Shown here in pieces: positions 17,924 to 26,606 of a stretch of DNA of 64,000 nucleotides; position 1 is the first letter of the stretch, and every line of letters begins with the position of its first letter. A program made the position numbers and the translations under genes. The DNA comes from a bacterium (GTDB lineage: Bacteria; Myxococcota_A; UBA9160; UBA6930), in contig JAAELW010000085.1 of NCBI GenBank assembly GCA_024226235.1, positions 756 to 64,755 on the forward strand. The letters run 5' to 3'. Under the pieces are notes generated by a model. The model was given only the letters and a program-made list of their open reading frames with translations. It was not told where the DNA came from and made no database searches.

Positions 17924-18908
17924 CCGAGCCTCCGAGTTCGATCGACAGCCGGCCTTCGGCCTCGAGACGGCGGGCCACGTCCACGATCTGCTCCTGGACC
18001 GTTTCAACCTCTGCCAGCTTCATCGGACCGAGCAGGTCGATCTCTTCCTTGATCTGATCGACGGCCCGCGAAGAGAGGTTCGAGAAGATCTTCTCCTGCA
18101 TTTCCTCGGAAGCGGTCTTCATCGCCACGGCGAGATCTTCGGTCGAAACTTCACGCAGGAAGGTCTGGAAGCCGCGCTTGTCGATGTTCTGGAGATCCTC
18201 GAAGGTGAGCATGCGCTTGCGGATGTCGATGGCGACTTCCGAATCCCGCATGTCGATGCCATCCAGGATCGTCGTCCCTTCTTCCTTTGGAACCCGGTTC
18301 AGCATGTTGGCAGCCGCCTTGGTTCCGCCGGCACGGGTCGTAGAGACCTTCCGGCGCCGGAAGAGTTCCGCGACTCCGATTTCGAGGTCGGACATGATGT
18401 CCGTTGCCACGGGTTGCATGCTCGCCAGGCGCAACACCACTTCGGGTTGGATCGCATCGGGGAGACTGTTGATCACGATGGCCCCGCGATCGGCGGGAAT
18501 CTGGGAGAGGATCAACGCAATCGTCTGCGGATGTTCGTCCTGGATGCGATCACAGATGAATGTGGGTTGGTAGGAGCGCAATGTCCAGTCGATGCGCTGC
18601 TCATCCTGGCCGAGCTTCTCCAGGATCTCGGCCGCGCGCCCTTCACCGAGACCATTTTCCACGATCGCCATTGCCGTTTCCCGACCGCCGGTGATCGCGG
18701 TGTCCTGCTGGCCGATCGACTCCTGGAACTCACTCATCACGAGTTTCTGGATCCGCGGAGGAATCTTCTCCATGCGCGAAACCGCCGAAAGTGCCTTCTC
18801 GACCTCCTCGTCCGAAAGCTGCCCCAGGTAGTCCGTCACTTTGTCCTTGGGCATGGAAAGGATGACGATTCCGACCTTCTCGGCTCCTGTGAGAGTCTCG
18901 AATTCCAC
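17907..18908 (-). CDS. fliG: flagellar motor switch protein FliG
   Basis: 333 aa; LTGAEKVGIVILSM, MLTFEDL, C-terminal torque-helix region. Confidence 0.95.
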   Translation of the reverse strand: MEFETLTGAEKVGIVILSMPKDKVTDYLGQLSDEEVEKALSAVSRMEKIPPRIQKLVMSEFQESIGQQDTAITGGRETAMAIVENGLGEGRAAEILEKLGQDEQRIDWTLRSYQPTFICDRIQDEHPQTIALILSQIPADRGAIVINSLPDAIQPEVVLRLASMQPVATDIMSDLEIGVAELFRRRKVSTTRAGGTKAAANMLNRVPKEEGTTILDGIDMRDSEVAIDIRKRMLTFEDLQNIDKRGFQTFLREVSTEDLAVAMKTASEEMQEKIFSNLSSRAVDQIKEEIDLLGPMKLAEVETVQEQIVDVARRLEAEGRLSIELGGSDDVLV

Positions 18909-18911
18909 TCG

Positions 18912-20474
18912 TTATTCCTGGTTCAACCAGTTGCGAAGGGTCTGAACCCCTTCATCTGTCTGCACTGCTGCAATCGGTCCTTGATCGATCGCGCCCTCCG
19001 ATAGCTGCCCGGCCGCTCCCGATGCAGGAAGGGCTGCTGCGGCCTCCATGTCGGATACCCTGGCGGGGAGCGGAGTGGGCGCGGCGGTCTTGACCGTCTC
19101 CAGCACGGGCTGGATGACCAGACGAGCGAAGAGGAAGAGCGCCAGAACCACTGCGATCACTCGCACCACCATGCCGATCAGGAAGAGCACCTGCGGGGTC
19201 AAGAAGCCGTCTTCGGGAATCTCTGCTCCGGGCGTCCGGAATGGAGCACTGCTGACAGTGATCTGATCGCCGCGTTTCTCATCGAACCCGACCGCCTGAC
19301 GGGCCAGGTTCGTGAACAAGGAAATCGATTCATCATCCCAGGGAACGGGCTCACCGCCTTCTTCGATGGGCGGCTTGTCGGCGATCAGCACCGCGATCGA
19401 GAGCCGTTCGATCTCGCCCATCGGCTTGGTCTGGCGACTCACCTTCTTGTTGATCTCGAAGTTGATCGTCTCGGAGGACCGGTTCGAGTTGGATTTCGAA
19501 CCTCCACTGCCCCCGGCGGATGCGATGCCGGGCGTATTCGCGGCAACACCGGCCACCCCGCCCTCGCTGGGATTCCCCTCATTGGAAGTCTCACTGGTAC
19601 GTTGCTCACTGCGTGCGATCTGGGAATCGGGGTCGAAGATCTCTTCAGTCGTCTGCCGTTCGACGAAGTCCATGTCCGCGCGGACCCGGGCGATCACACC
19701 ACCAGGGCCGATCGTCTTGCTCAGGATCGCTTCGATGCGATGGGCGAGATCGGACTCCACTCGCTGTTGGTAGGCAGGCGCACCACCGGCGGGGAGTTCG
19801 CCACCGGCGATGTCCTCACCCTGGGTGGTGAGCAAGCGCCCGCTGCCATCGACAATCGTCACGTCGGACGGGTCGAGGGATTCGACGCTTGATGCAACCA
19901 GATGCACGATCGCCCGGACCTGGCCAGGCTCGAGCTGACGACCCGGGCGAAGTCGGGCGATGACCGCCGCCCGGGGCTTTCGCTCCGCAGACGCCAGCAC
20001 GCTCTTTCGTTCTGGAATGACGACCTGGACCCGGGCTCGCTCGACCGGCTCGAGTTGCTCGACACTTCGGGCGAGCTCTCCCTGCATCGCCCGCGTGTAG
20101 TTCACGCGATGGACGAAATCCGTCACACCGAAGGCCGGCTGATCGAAGAGCTCGAAGCCCGCCGAACCGCCATTCGGCAGCCCGCGACCTGCAGCGCGGA
20201 TGCGCGCTTCGTAGACCATCGGTGCAGGCACGAGAATGGTCGTGCCTCCCTCGTCGAGCTTGTACTCGATGCGCTCCTCGCGGAGAAGCTGCGCCACACG
20301 GGCGATCTCTTCCTCCGGAAGCCCGCGGTAGGCAGCCCGGTAGTCCGGTGTAGCGGCGCCGTAGGCAATCCACAGGAGAAAACCCAGGGAGCCGAAAGCC
20401 GTAGCCCCCAGCACGGCCTGGCGGCCGGACGGGAGCGCACGGATTCCTTCGATGAGATTCGTGAGCCAGTCCAT
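18912..20474 (-). CDS. fliF: flagellar M-ring protein FliF
   Basis: 520 aa; N-terminal TM, YEARIRAAGRGLP, RLSIAVLI, C-terminal TM. Confidence 0.95.
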   Translation of the reverse strand: MDWLTNLIEGIRALPSGRQAVLGATAFGSLGFLLWIAYGAATPDYRAAYRGLPEEEIARVAQLLREERIEYKLDEGGTTILVPAPMVYEARIRAAGRGLPNGGSAGFELFDQPAFGVTDFVHRVNYTRAMQGELARSVEQLEPVERARVQVVIPERKSVLASAERKPRAAVIARLRPGRQLEPGQVRAIVHLVASSVESLDPSDVTIVDGSGRLLTTQGEDIAGGELPAGGAPAYQQRVESDLAHRIEAILSKTIGPGGVIARVRADMDFVERQTTEEIFDPDSQIARSEQRTSETSNEGNPSEGGVAGVAANTPGIASAGGSGGSKSNSNRSSETINFEINKKVSRQTKPMGEIERLSIAVLIADKPPIEEGGEPVPWDDESISLFTNLARQAVGFDEKRGDQITVSSAPFRTPGAEIPEDGFLTPQVLFLIGMVVRVIAVVLALFLFARLVIQPVLETVKTAAPTPLPARVSDMEAAAALPASGAAGQLSEGAIDQGPIAAVQTDEGVQTLRNWLNQE

Positions 20475-20489
20475 ATCGACTTTGGTTTC

Positions 20490-20795
20490 CTAGAGCTGGA
20501 GCCTCATGATCTGCTGATACGATTCGAGCACGCGGTTTCGCAGCGAAACGACATGGCGAAGTGAAAGTTCGGCCTTTGAAAGGGCCATCATGGCCTCGAC
20601 GATGTCGCCTTTGCCTTCTGCGAGCTGACGTGCCTGGGTCTCGGCCTCGCCGAGCTCGCGGTTGGCCTCCTGGATCGCCGTCTTCACGTGCTCTGCGAAG
20701 GGGACACCCGTTCCGGACGGGGTCGGCTTCTGGCCGAGTGCGGCTCCGAGCGGCGGAGTCGAGAGTCTTGCGGCAGCGATCTGGCTGGAATTCAT
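20490..20795 (-). CDS. fliE: flagellar hook-basal body complex protein FliE
   Basis: 101 aa; FAEHVKTAI...VVSLRNRVLESYQQIMRLQL. Confidence 0.9.
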   Translation of the reverse strand: MNSSQIAAARLSTPPLGAALGQKPTPSGTGVPFAEHVKTAIQEANRELGEAETQARQLAEGKGDIVEAMMALSKAELSLRHVVSLRNRVLESYQQIMRLQL

Positions 20796-20806
20796 CGGGT
20801 GCCTCT

Positions 20807-21232
20807 CTAACCGCCAAGCTGCAAGGCTGCGCGAGCCATCTCACGGGCCTTGCGCAAGATCAACAGGTTGGCCTGGTACGAGCGACTTGCGGACATCATG
20901 TTGGAGAGTTCCTCGACGACGTTCACGCGCGGAAGTGCGACATAGCCCTCTGCGTTCGCATCGGGATGTCCCGGATCGAAGCGCGTGATGGCAGGCCTCT
21001 GATCGACCTCGATGCGCGAGACGTCGACCTTGCGGACTGCCCGGGAAAGCCGATCGGAAAACGGCCCTCCTACGCTGCTCGTCTGGAAAACTGGATCCCT
21101 GCGTCGGTAGGGGCCGCCCTCTGCCGTGCGGGTCGTCTGGGCGTTGGCCATGTTGGACGCGGTCGCAGCCATACGGGCGCGCTGAGCGAGTACGCCGGAA
21201 ACACCGATGTCAATGATTTCGGAAATCTTCAT
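20807..21232 (-). CDS. flgC: flagellar basal-body rod protein FlgC
   Basis: 141 aa; SNMANAQTTRT, PGHPDA, VNVVEELSNMMSASRSYQANL. Confidence 0.95.
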   Translation of the reverse strand: MKISEIIDIGVSGVLAQRARMAATASNMANAQTTRTAEGGPYRRRDPVFQTSSVGGPFSDRLSRAVRKVDVSRIEVDQRPAITRFDPGHPDANAEGYVALPRVNVVEELSNMMSASRSYQANLLILRKAREMARAALQLGG

Positions 21233-21269
21233 TCATGCGCCTTCGTGGGGAGAGTCAGCAACCGATTCA

Positions 21270-21662
21270 TCATCTGGCCTCGCCTGTGACCGCAATGCGC
21301 CGCAAGACCAGAAGTCTGGAGAGCACCGCCGCCTGGTCCTGGAAGGCCCCGGAGTTGCGATTGAGTGCGATCAGCTCGCTGTCGAGCTCAACCCCGTTAC
21401 CATCCGGCCGCGTGCCGCGAGGGCCACGAACGATCCGATAGTCGGCACTCGAGCCGGAGCCTCCGGTTCCGAGGTGCCGAGGGTCGGTTCGGTCGAGACG
21501 GGCTGAGGCGTCCGCGAGGGCCGATTCGAATTCGAGGTCCACCCGCCGGTAGCCAGGTGTATCCACGTTGGCGACGTTTCCAGCGAGTGCGGCCTGGCGT
21601 GCGAGCCGAAAGCGCATCGCGTCTTCCAGCAGCGGCATGGCTCCGATTTCCGGCCCGGGCAT
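21270..21662 (-). CDS. flgB: flagellar basal-body rod protein FlgB
   Basis: GNVANVDTPGYRR; ATG 21662 preceded by GGGAGGAAAGG; track ORF 21270..21785 is over-extended. Confidence 0.9.
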   Translation of the reverse strand: MPGPEIGAMPLLEDAMRFRLARQAALAGNVANVDTPGYRRVDLEFESALADASARLDRTDPRHLGTGGSGSSADYRIVRGPRGTRPDGNGVELDSELIALNRNSGAFQDQAAVLSRLLVLRRIAVTGEAR

Positions 21663-21705
21663 CCTTTCCTCCCGTCCCCACGCGGGGATCGTCGGAGGAG
21701 AGCTG

Positions 21706-21721
21706 TGCAAGGCGAATGCCA
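21706..21721 (-). promoter_or_regulatory. sigma54 (-24/-12) promoter of the flgB operon
   Basis: Minus-strand reading TGGCATTCGCCTTGCA (TGGCAY-N5-TTGC), 44 nt upstream of flgB ATG. Confidence 0.8.
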
Positions 21722-21792
21722 CTGGGAAATGACGCCTCCGACACGCAGCGGGCGTTTCGGACCGAAGCAGCCTCCCGTGTTGCACCGCTGCA

Positions 21793-21805
21793 TTTCAACC
21801 TGAAC
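21793..21805. promoter_or_regulatory. TTTCA-N3-TGAAC palindromic motif (candidate enhancer/UAS), copy 1
   Basis: ATTTCAACCTGAACGGCGG, about 80 bp upstream of the flgB sigma54 promoter; 17/19 nt identical to copy 2. Confidence 0.55.
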
Positions 21806-21843
21806 GGCGGAGGGGAAAATCCTGCCGCGTCTGCAGGCCGGAA

Positions 21844-23130
21844 TCAGGCGAGTTCGTACAGGCGGATCTTGTTGCGCAGGGTACGAACGCTGATTCCGAG
21901 CGCCTGGGAGGCCATGGTTCTGTTTCCGTCTGTGATTTCGAGCGAGCGGATCACCGCGGCGCGTTCCAGCTCGCGCAAGTTGAGCGAGCGCAATCTCGAA
22001 GACAGGGAATCCCCCGAGGCTCCACCGGATGAAACCAACCGGTCCAGGTCAATGGAACGCCCGGGGTAGAGCAGGGCGGCGCGACGCATCAGGTTCTCGA
22101 GCTCGCGGACGTTCCCACGAAACGGGCGGGTCGAGAGACTTGCAAGTGCGGAATCGCCGAGCTCTGCTTTCTCGGTTCCGGAGCTCTTGGCGAAGCGGTC
22201 CAGGAAGGAGTCGGCCAGGAGTGCGATGTCGCCGGGGCGCTCACGCAGCGGGGGAATCCGCAGACTGACGACATCGAGTCGATAGTAGAGGTCTGCGCGA
22301 AAACGACGAGCCGCTACTTCCCGATCCAGATCGCATTGCGTGGTCGCGACGACTCGTACGTCGAGCGCGTGCGATGTGCGGCCACCTAGCGGAATCACTT
22401 CTCGCTCCTGCAGTGCGCGTAGCAGCTTCGGCTGAAGATCGAGCCGCAGGTCTGCGACTTCGTCGAGCACCAATGTTCCACCATTGGCCGCAGCCAGCTG
22501 GCCGGACCGGGATTCGGTGGCGCCGGAAAACGCACCTTGGGCGTGCCCGAAGAGTTCGCTCTCCGCCAGCGCAGGCGTGAGACCTGCACAGCTCAGTACG
22601 ACGAAGGGTCCGCGTCGGCGGGTGCTCGCATCGTGAAGCCAGCGGGCAAGCAGCTCCTTTCCCGTTCCGGACTCTCCGACCAGACGAACCGTCGCTTCAC
22701 TCTTGGCAACTCGACGAAGTTGGTCCAGGACCGTACGCATGCGTGGATCTTGGGTCAAGAAGGTAGAATCCACTGGACCGTCGTTCTCTCTCCGCAAGAC
22801 CTGGGCCAAGGCCCGCTCCAGGGAGGACACGTCGAAGGGCATGCGCAGGTAGTCCGCCGCACCCACGCGGAATGCATCGACGACGAGGTCGACGCCGGGT
22901 TGCCCGCCCACCGCAACGACGCCGACGTCTGGCGCGACACGTCCGAGCTCTTCGACAAGGTGCAGGTCCGCGTGACAACTCACCTCGACGAGCGAGGCAT
23001 CGATATCGCCATCGGCTGCTCGTTCCAGAAGGACCGAATCGTCCGCTCCCTCTTCGGCCGCATAGCCGGCGGCGCGAACGACCGAGAGCACGTCCCGACG
23101 CAGACCTTCATCGCGCAACCGTGCGAGCAC
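21844..23130 (-). CDS. sigma54-dependent transcriptional activator (FleQ/FlrA-like) with degenerate receiver domain
   Basis: AAA+ core GESGTGKE, GAFSGA, C-terminal Fis-type HTH (ASQALGISVRTLRNKI). GTG 23130 lies 2 nt after the upstream stop. The N-terminal REC-like region lacks the acidic pocket, phospho-Asp and Lys. Confidence 0.9.
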   Translation of the reverse strand: MLARLRDEGLRRDVLSVVRAAGYAAEEGADDSVLLERAADGDIDASLVEVSCHADLHLVEELGRVAPDVGVVAVGGQPGVDLVVDAFRVGAADYLRMPFDVSSLERALAQVLRRENDGPVDSTFLTQDPRMRTVLDQLRRVAKSEATVRLVGESGTGKELLARWLHDASTRRRGPFVVLSCAGLTPALAESELFGHAQGAFSGATESRSGQLAAANGGTLVLDEVADLRLDLQPKLLRALQEREVIPLGGRTSHALDVRVVATTQCDLDREVAARRFRADLYYRLDVVSLRIPPLRERPGDIALLADSFLDRFAKSSGTEKAELGDSALASLSTRPFRGNVRELENLMRRAALLYPGRSIDLDRLVSSGGASGDSLSSRLRSLNLRELERAAVIRSLEITDGNRTMASQALGISVRTLRNKIRLYELA

Positions 23131-23132
23131 CC

Positions 23133-23717
23133 TCAATCCAGTTCTCCGGCTGGGATCCAGAACACGGCGCCATCCGCGGTAACCTCGGCTTCGGCGCCGC
23201 AAAGCAGTGCCAACGGTTGAAGGCGCTTCAAGATATCCGCTGCGTTCTGCGAACCCTCGCCTCTGGGCTGCCATCGGGCCTCGACGCCCCAGCAGCCATC
23301 ACCCGCCACAAGTCCCACTTCGAGAAGACCCGGCTGCGCCTGTTCTGCGGCCGCGCCGGTGAGAGCAATGACGGCCCGGCGCAACACGGCCGGATCCAGC
23401 GAGGGTGAATGCTTGGCGGCCACTTGCAGTTCGAGCCCGCGTGCTGCAAACACCGGACGCAACCGCTCGGTCAGTTCCTCGAGGACAGGTCCAGAGGGAC
23501 GCTCCCGCCCCGGGCTGGAAGGAGACAGCACGCGCAGCGCCAGCTCGAGCTGACGATCGATGGCCGCCACGGCTTCGTGGATGGATTGCGCAAGCTCCCC
23601 GGATCGGGGCGTTCGGTCTTCCCGATCGAGACGGCTGGCCGCGAGTTCGACGCGCGACAGAGGCGCACGGATGTCGAGAATCGCAGATGCCAACTCTGCG
23701 TCACGAGTCGCACTCAT
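23133..23717 (-). CDS. soluble histidine-kinase-like protein lacking the phospho-His and ATP-lid motifs
   Basis: 194 aa; H-box-like ILDIRAPLSRVELAASRL with Asp where His is expected. HATPase-like region (LRRAVIALTGAAAE, GLLEVGLVAGDG) has no N-box Asn or G-boxes. ATGA overlap with the upstream gene. Confidence 0.65.
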   Translation of the reverse strand: MSATRDAELASAILDIRAPLSRVELAASRLDREDRTPRSGELAQSIHEAVAAIDRQLELALRVLSPSSPGRERPSGPVLEELTERLRPVFAARGLELQVAAKHSPSLDPAVLRRAVIALTGAAAEQAQPGLLEVGLVAGDGCWGVEARWQPRGEGSQNAADILKRLQPLALLCGAEAEVTADGAVFWIPAGELD

Positions 23718-25861
23718 CGAAGAGCCTCTCCGCCTGGAAGGGCGGCGCGAGGCGACGATGAAAACTGCGATACACCCACCTCCTCTTGCAGATCGACGGC
23801 CCGCAGCTGGGCACTTGCCAATCGGCTCCAGAGCTCGGATGCGGCCTTCGATTCGGCGGCCTCTTCGTATGCTTGGCGTCGCTGTCGGCCTTCGGAGAGA
23901 CGCGCACGATGAAAACGCGCACGGGCACGCCTGGGACCATCGGGAAGCGCCTCGGCAGCGAGGCCGTAGTAGTAGTGGGCGCGCCTGGGTTCGCCTTCGG
24001 CGGCCAGCCGGTCGGCCAGGATCAGCGCGACACCCGCTCGAATGGAGACCTCGGCAACATCCGCCTGGGGGTCTGGCTCCAGTTGCCAACGCGACGTCTC
24101 GTCTTCGAGAAGAGTCCGAGCCTCCTGGCCGGCAGCCTGCTCGGCTACCAACTCCGCCAACCATCCAAGTGCTCGAAGGGGCGCGTCCGGGCGCCGCACG
24201 ATCGGCAGCAGGAGTTCGGCGGCTGCCTCCTTCCGACCCTCGCGTATCGCCAGCTCGGCCTCGAAGAGAGACCAGCTGTCACCGGCCAGGCCGCCCGCCG
24301 GAACATCCGCCGAACCACCTCCCCGTGTATGAGCTCGCAAAGCAGCGCGCACGGCGGGAAGATCTCCTGCACCCAATGAAGCCCGTGCGATCCGGAGCGT
24401 GAGCCGGGATGCGAGTTCGGGACCAAATGCCCGGGTCACCGCGCGATAGCTGGCCAACGCCGGCACCGACATGCCGAGCGCCAGATAGCAGTCGGCCAAT
24501 GCCACGAAGGGCTCGCTGACCCGGGCCTGGCGCAACAGCAGTTCGCGCCGGCCCCCCAGTCGACGTACGGTGGTCGGGCAATGGGATTCGACGGCTGCTA
24601 GAAGCGCAGCATCCAGGTCATCGCGATGGGTGGGTGCCAGCTCGTCATCCGGGTCGTCGTAGGCGAGCCGCGCATAGTCTTCCAATGCCTGGTCGACTTC
24701 ACCGGACTGCACATGCCGATGGAGGATCAATGCTCGGGCATGCAGTGAGAGGCCGCGTTCGGTGGAAATGGTGGCCTCGCGCAGCACTTCCATCCTGTCT
24801 GCCTCGGCGGCCTCCCCGAGCCCATGAGCCACGATCCGGAGCCCTGCGAGACGTCGGACATCCGGATCCGGATGCACATCGACGAGCCGCTCCAACGCCG
24901 TCAGTGCGTCCCCTCCGCGGCCGCGAGCCACCCACACATCCGCCTTGCGAATGGTCGCGAGACCGGTCGCAAGCTCATCGCCTTCGAGATCTGCAGCCCT
25001 GGAGATGTGAACCAGAGCGCGGCGCGAATCCCCCGCTCGAAGTGCGAACTCTGCGGCTACGCGTTCGAAGGCCCGCAAGTCCAGATCCCGGACGCGAGCC
25101 TCCTCGAAACGGGCGCGTAACCGCGTCCAGGCAGCTTTTGCGGGCAATTCCTTGTTCATCTCCGTAACCAGTCGCAGACGCGACGCCGTCGCCAGGCGCT
25201 CGACCGTTCCGCCGGCGAGGCTCTCGTAAAGGACGCGTGCCTCCTTTTTGCGACGAGAGAGGAGCATCGCCTCGGCCCGAAGGAACCGGGCAGCTTCGAC
25301 GCGGGCGATCGGGAGTTCTACTCCTTCTCCCTCTCGCAGCGCTCGCAGCGCCGATGCACTTGCTTCGGGGGCCTGGGCGTTATGGAGTTCCGCACGTCCG
25401 CGCTCCAGAAACCCACAAACCCGTGCTTCGCGGCTGCCGCCACGAGCCAGCGCATGGTCCAGGACGTGGATCGCATCCGCTCGGCGAATCCGCGTATCGG
25501 CGACCCTGGCACTGACGACCGCCAACCACAGGCGAAGATCCGTCGTGAGGCGTTCTCCCTCCTTGCGTCGTGCCTCCTCCGCGAGCTCGAGCACCCGGCG
25601 AGCCGCTGATTCACGATTCTCCAGCACGAAAGAAAGGACAGGCAGCAGTCCGGCCGGCGTCTCAGCCGGCAGGCAAGGTTCGAGGGCATCGAGCACGGGC
25701 AGCCAGGCCCGGCGAGTCGCAAAGATCCGGAACGGATCGGGCGGAACATCCACGGCTTCCGACGGCGGCATCTCCACCTCGGATTCGGCCAGACCTTCAC
25801 GGCCCGGAGCGACCAGCACCAGGATGACACCTACCAGGATAATCGGAATCCGGCGGTTCAC
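23714..25861 (-). CDS. membrane-anchored Ala/Arg/Leu-rich TPR-like repeat protein
   Basis: 715 aa from GTG 25861 (GTGA overlap with the PilZ stop); N-terminal TM RRIPIILVGVILVLVAPG; repeated helical-hairpin-like segments. Confidence 0.6.
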   Translation of the reverse strand: MNRRIPIILVGVILVLVAPGREGLAESEVEMPPSEAVDVPPDPFRIFATRRAWLPVLDALEPCLPAETPAGLLPVLSFVLENRESAARRVLELAEEARRKEGERLTTDLRLWLAVVSARVADTRIRRADAIHVLDHALARGGSREARVCGFLERGRAELHNAQAPEASASALRALREGEGVELPIARVEAARFLRAEAMLLSRRKKEARVLYESLAGGTVERLATASRLRLVTEMNKELPAKAAWTRLRARFEEARVRDLDLRAFERVAAEFALRAGDSRRALVHISRAADLEGDELATGLATIRKADVWVARGRGGDALTALERLVDVHPDPDVRRLAGLRIVAHGLGEAAEADRMEVLREATISTERGLSLHARALILHRHVQSGEVDQALEDYARLAYDDPDDELAPTHRDDLDAALLAAVESHCPTTVRRLGGRRELLLRQARVSEPFVALADCYLALGMSVPALASYRAVTRAFGPELASRLTLRIARASLGAGDLPAVRAALRAHTRGGGSADVPAGGLAGDSWSLFEAELAIREGRKEAAAELLLPIVRRPDAPLRALGWLAELVAEQAAGQEARTLLEDETSRWQLEPDPQADVAEVSIRAGVALILADRLAAEGEPRRAHYYYGLAAEALPDGPRRARARFHRARLSEGRQRRQAYEEAAESKAASELWSRLASAQLRAVDLQEEVGVSQFSSSPRAALPGGEALR

Positions 25862-26442
25862 TCCTCGCTCGCAACCCGTTGGCGAAGCTCCGAACGCTGG
25901 ATTTCGAGCACGTGAGCGATGATCGCATCGCGATCGCATTCGGCGATGACCGTGAAACCTGCCCCGATGGTCACCTGTTTTGCATCGACCTCGCATTCCG
26001 CGACTCGAGCAATGCAGCGCACCATGTGTTTGGGAATGCCGGGCAGGGTGACCTCGAGAAGCACGTCGGCCTCGATCGGTATCTCCTCGCAGACCGGAAG
26101 CTGGATCCCGGATCCGGAGATGGTCACTTCGAGAGCACCCTGTGCGGTCGTCCAGACATCGGCTTCCGTTTCGAAGCGTTCGAGCAGGAGGTCGAGCTTC
26201 CCCTCGATACGATCGAGCCATTCGGCGAGACCGGGATCGACTTTCGAAACCTCGGACGCCTCGCGAACCATGATGTCAGTAGACAGGCCCTCTAGCTCGG
26301 AATCCGCAATGCGCCGGCAACGTACCGGTAGAAAGGTGTGTACTCGGTAGTAGGAACGCTTGTCCGCACCGCGGGGCTGGGCTTTAGGAACGCTCAAGGG
26401 ACAATCCTCCAGACTTCTCGTACCGCTATCAGCAAATGGCAT
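25858..26442 (-). CDS. PilZ domain protein (putative c-di-GMP receptor)
   Basis: 194 aa; KRSYYRV (RRxxxR variant) and VTISGSGIQL ((D/N)xSxxG variant) separated by a helical insert. Confidence 0.7.
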   Translation of the reverse strand: MPFADSGTRSLEDCPLSVPKAQPRGADKRSYYRVHTFLPVRCRRIADSELEGLSTDIMVREASEVSKVDPGLAEWLDRIEGKLDLLLERFETEADVWTTAQGALEVTISGSGIQLPVCEEIPIEADVLLEVTLPGIPKHMVRCIARVAECEVDAKQVTIGAGFTVIAECDRDAIIAHVLEIQRSELRQRVASEE

Positions 26443-26606
26443 GCCAGGTCGGGACGCGTCAGGGGAACGCTTTGCGCACTCCGCGTTTCATCTTGCAAGC
26501 CTTTCCGTTTCAGCCGCAAGAAATTGAAGCTAGTTGGCGGAGAGTTACTTCCGTTCTGCCACTTCGTGTAAAGCTCTGGCAGGAATGCGCCGACGTGGGA
26601 TAAGTC

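Noticed and set aside
26577-26590. Near-matches to the sigma54 consensus: TGGCAGGAATGCGC upstream of the HDOD gene, TTGGCACCTGTTTCGG at 30009-30024, and CGGCAGTTATTCGCG near 56356-56370 (minus)
   Set aside because: GG-to-GC spacing is off by one or more nucleotides, or the invariant -12 GC is missing. The five accepted sites all have exact spacing.
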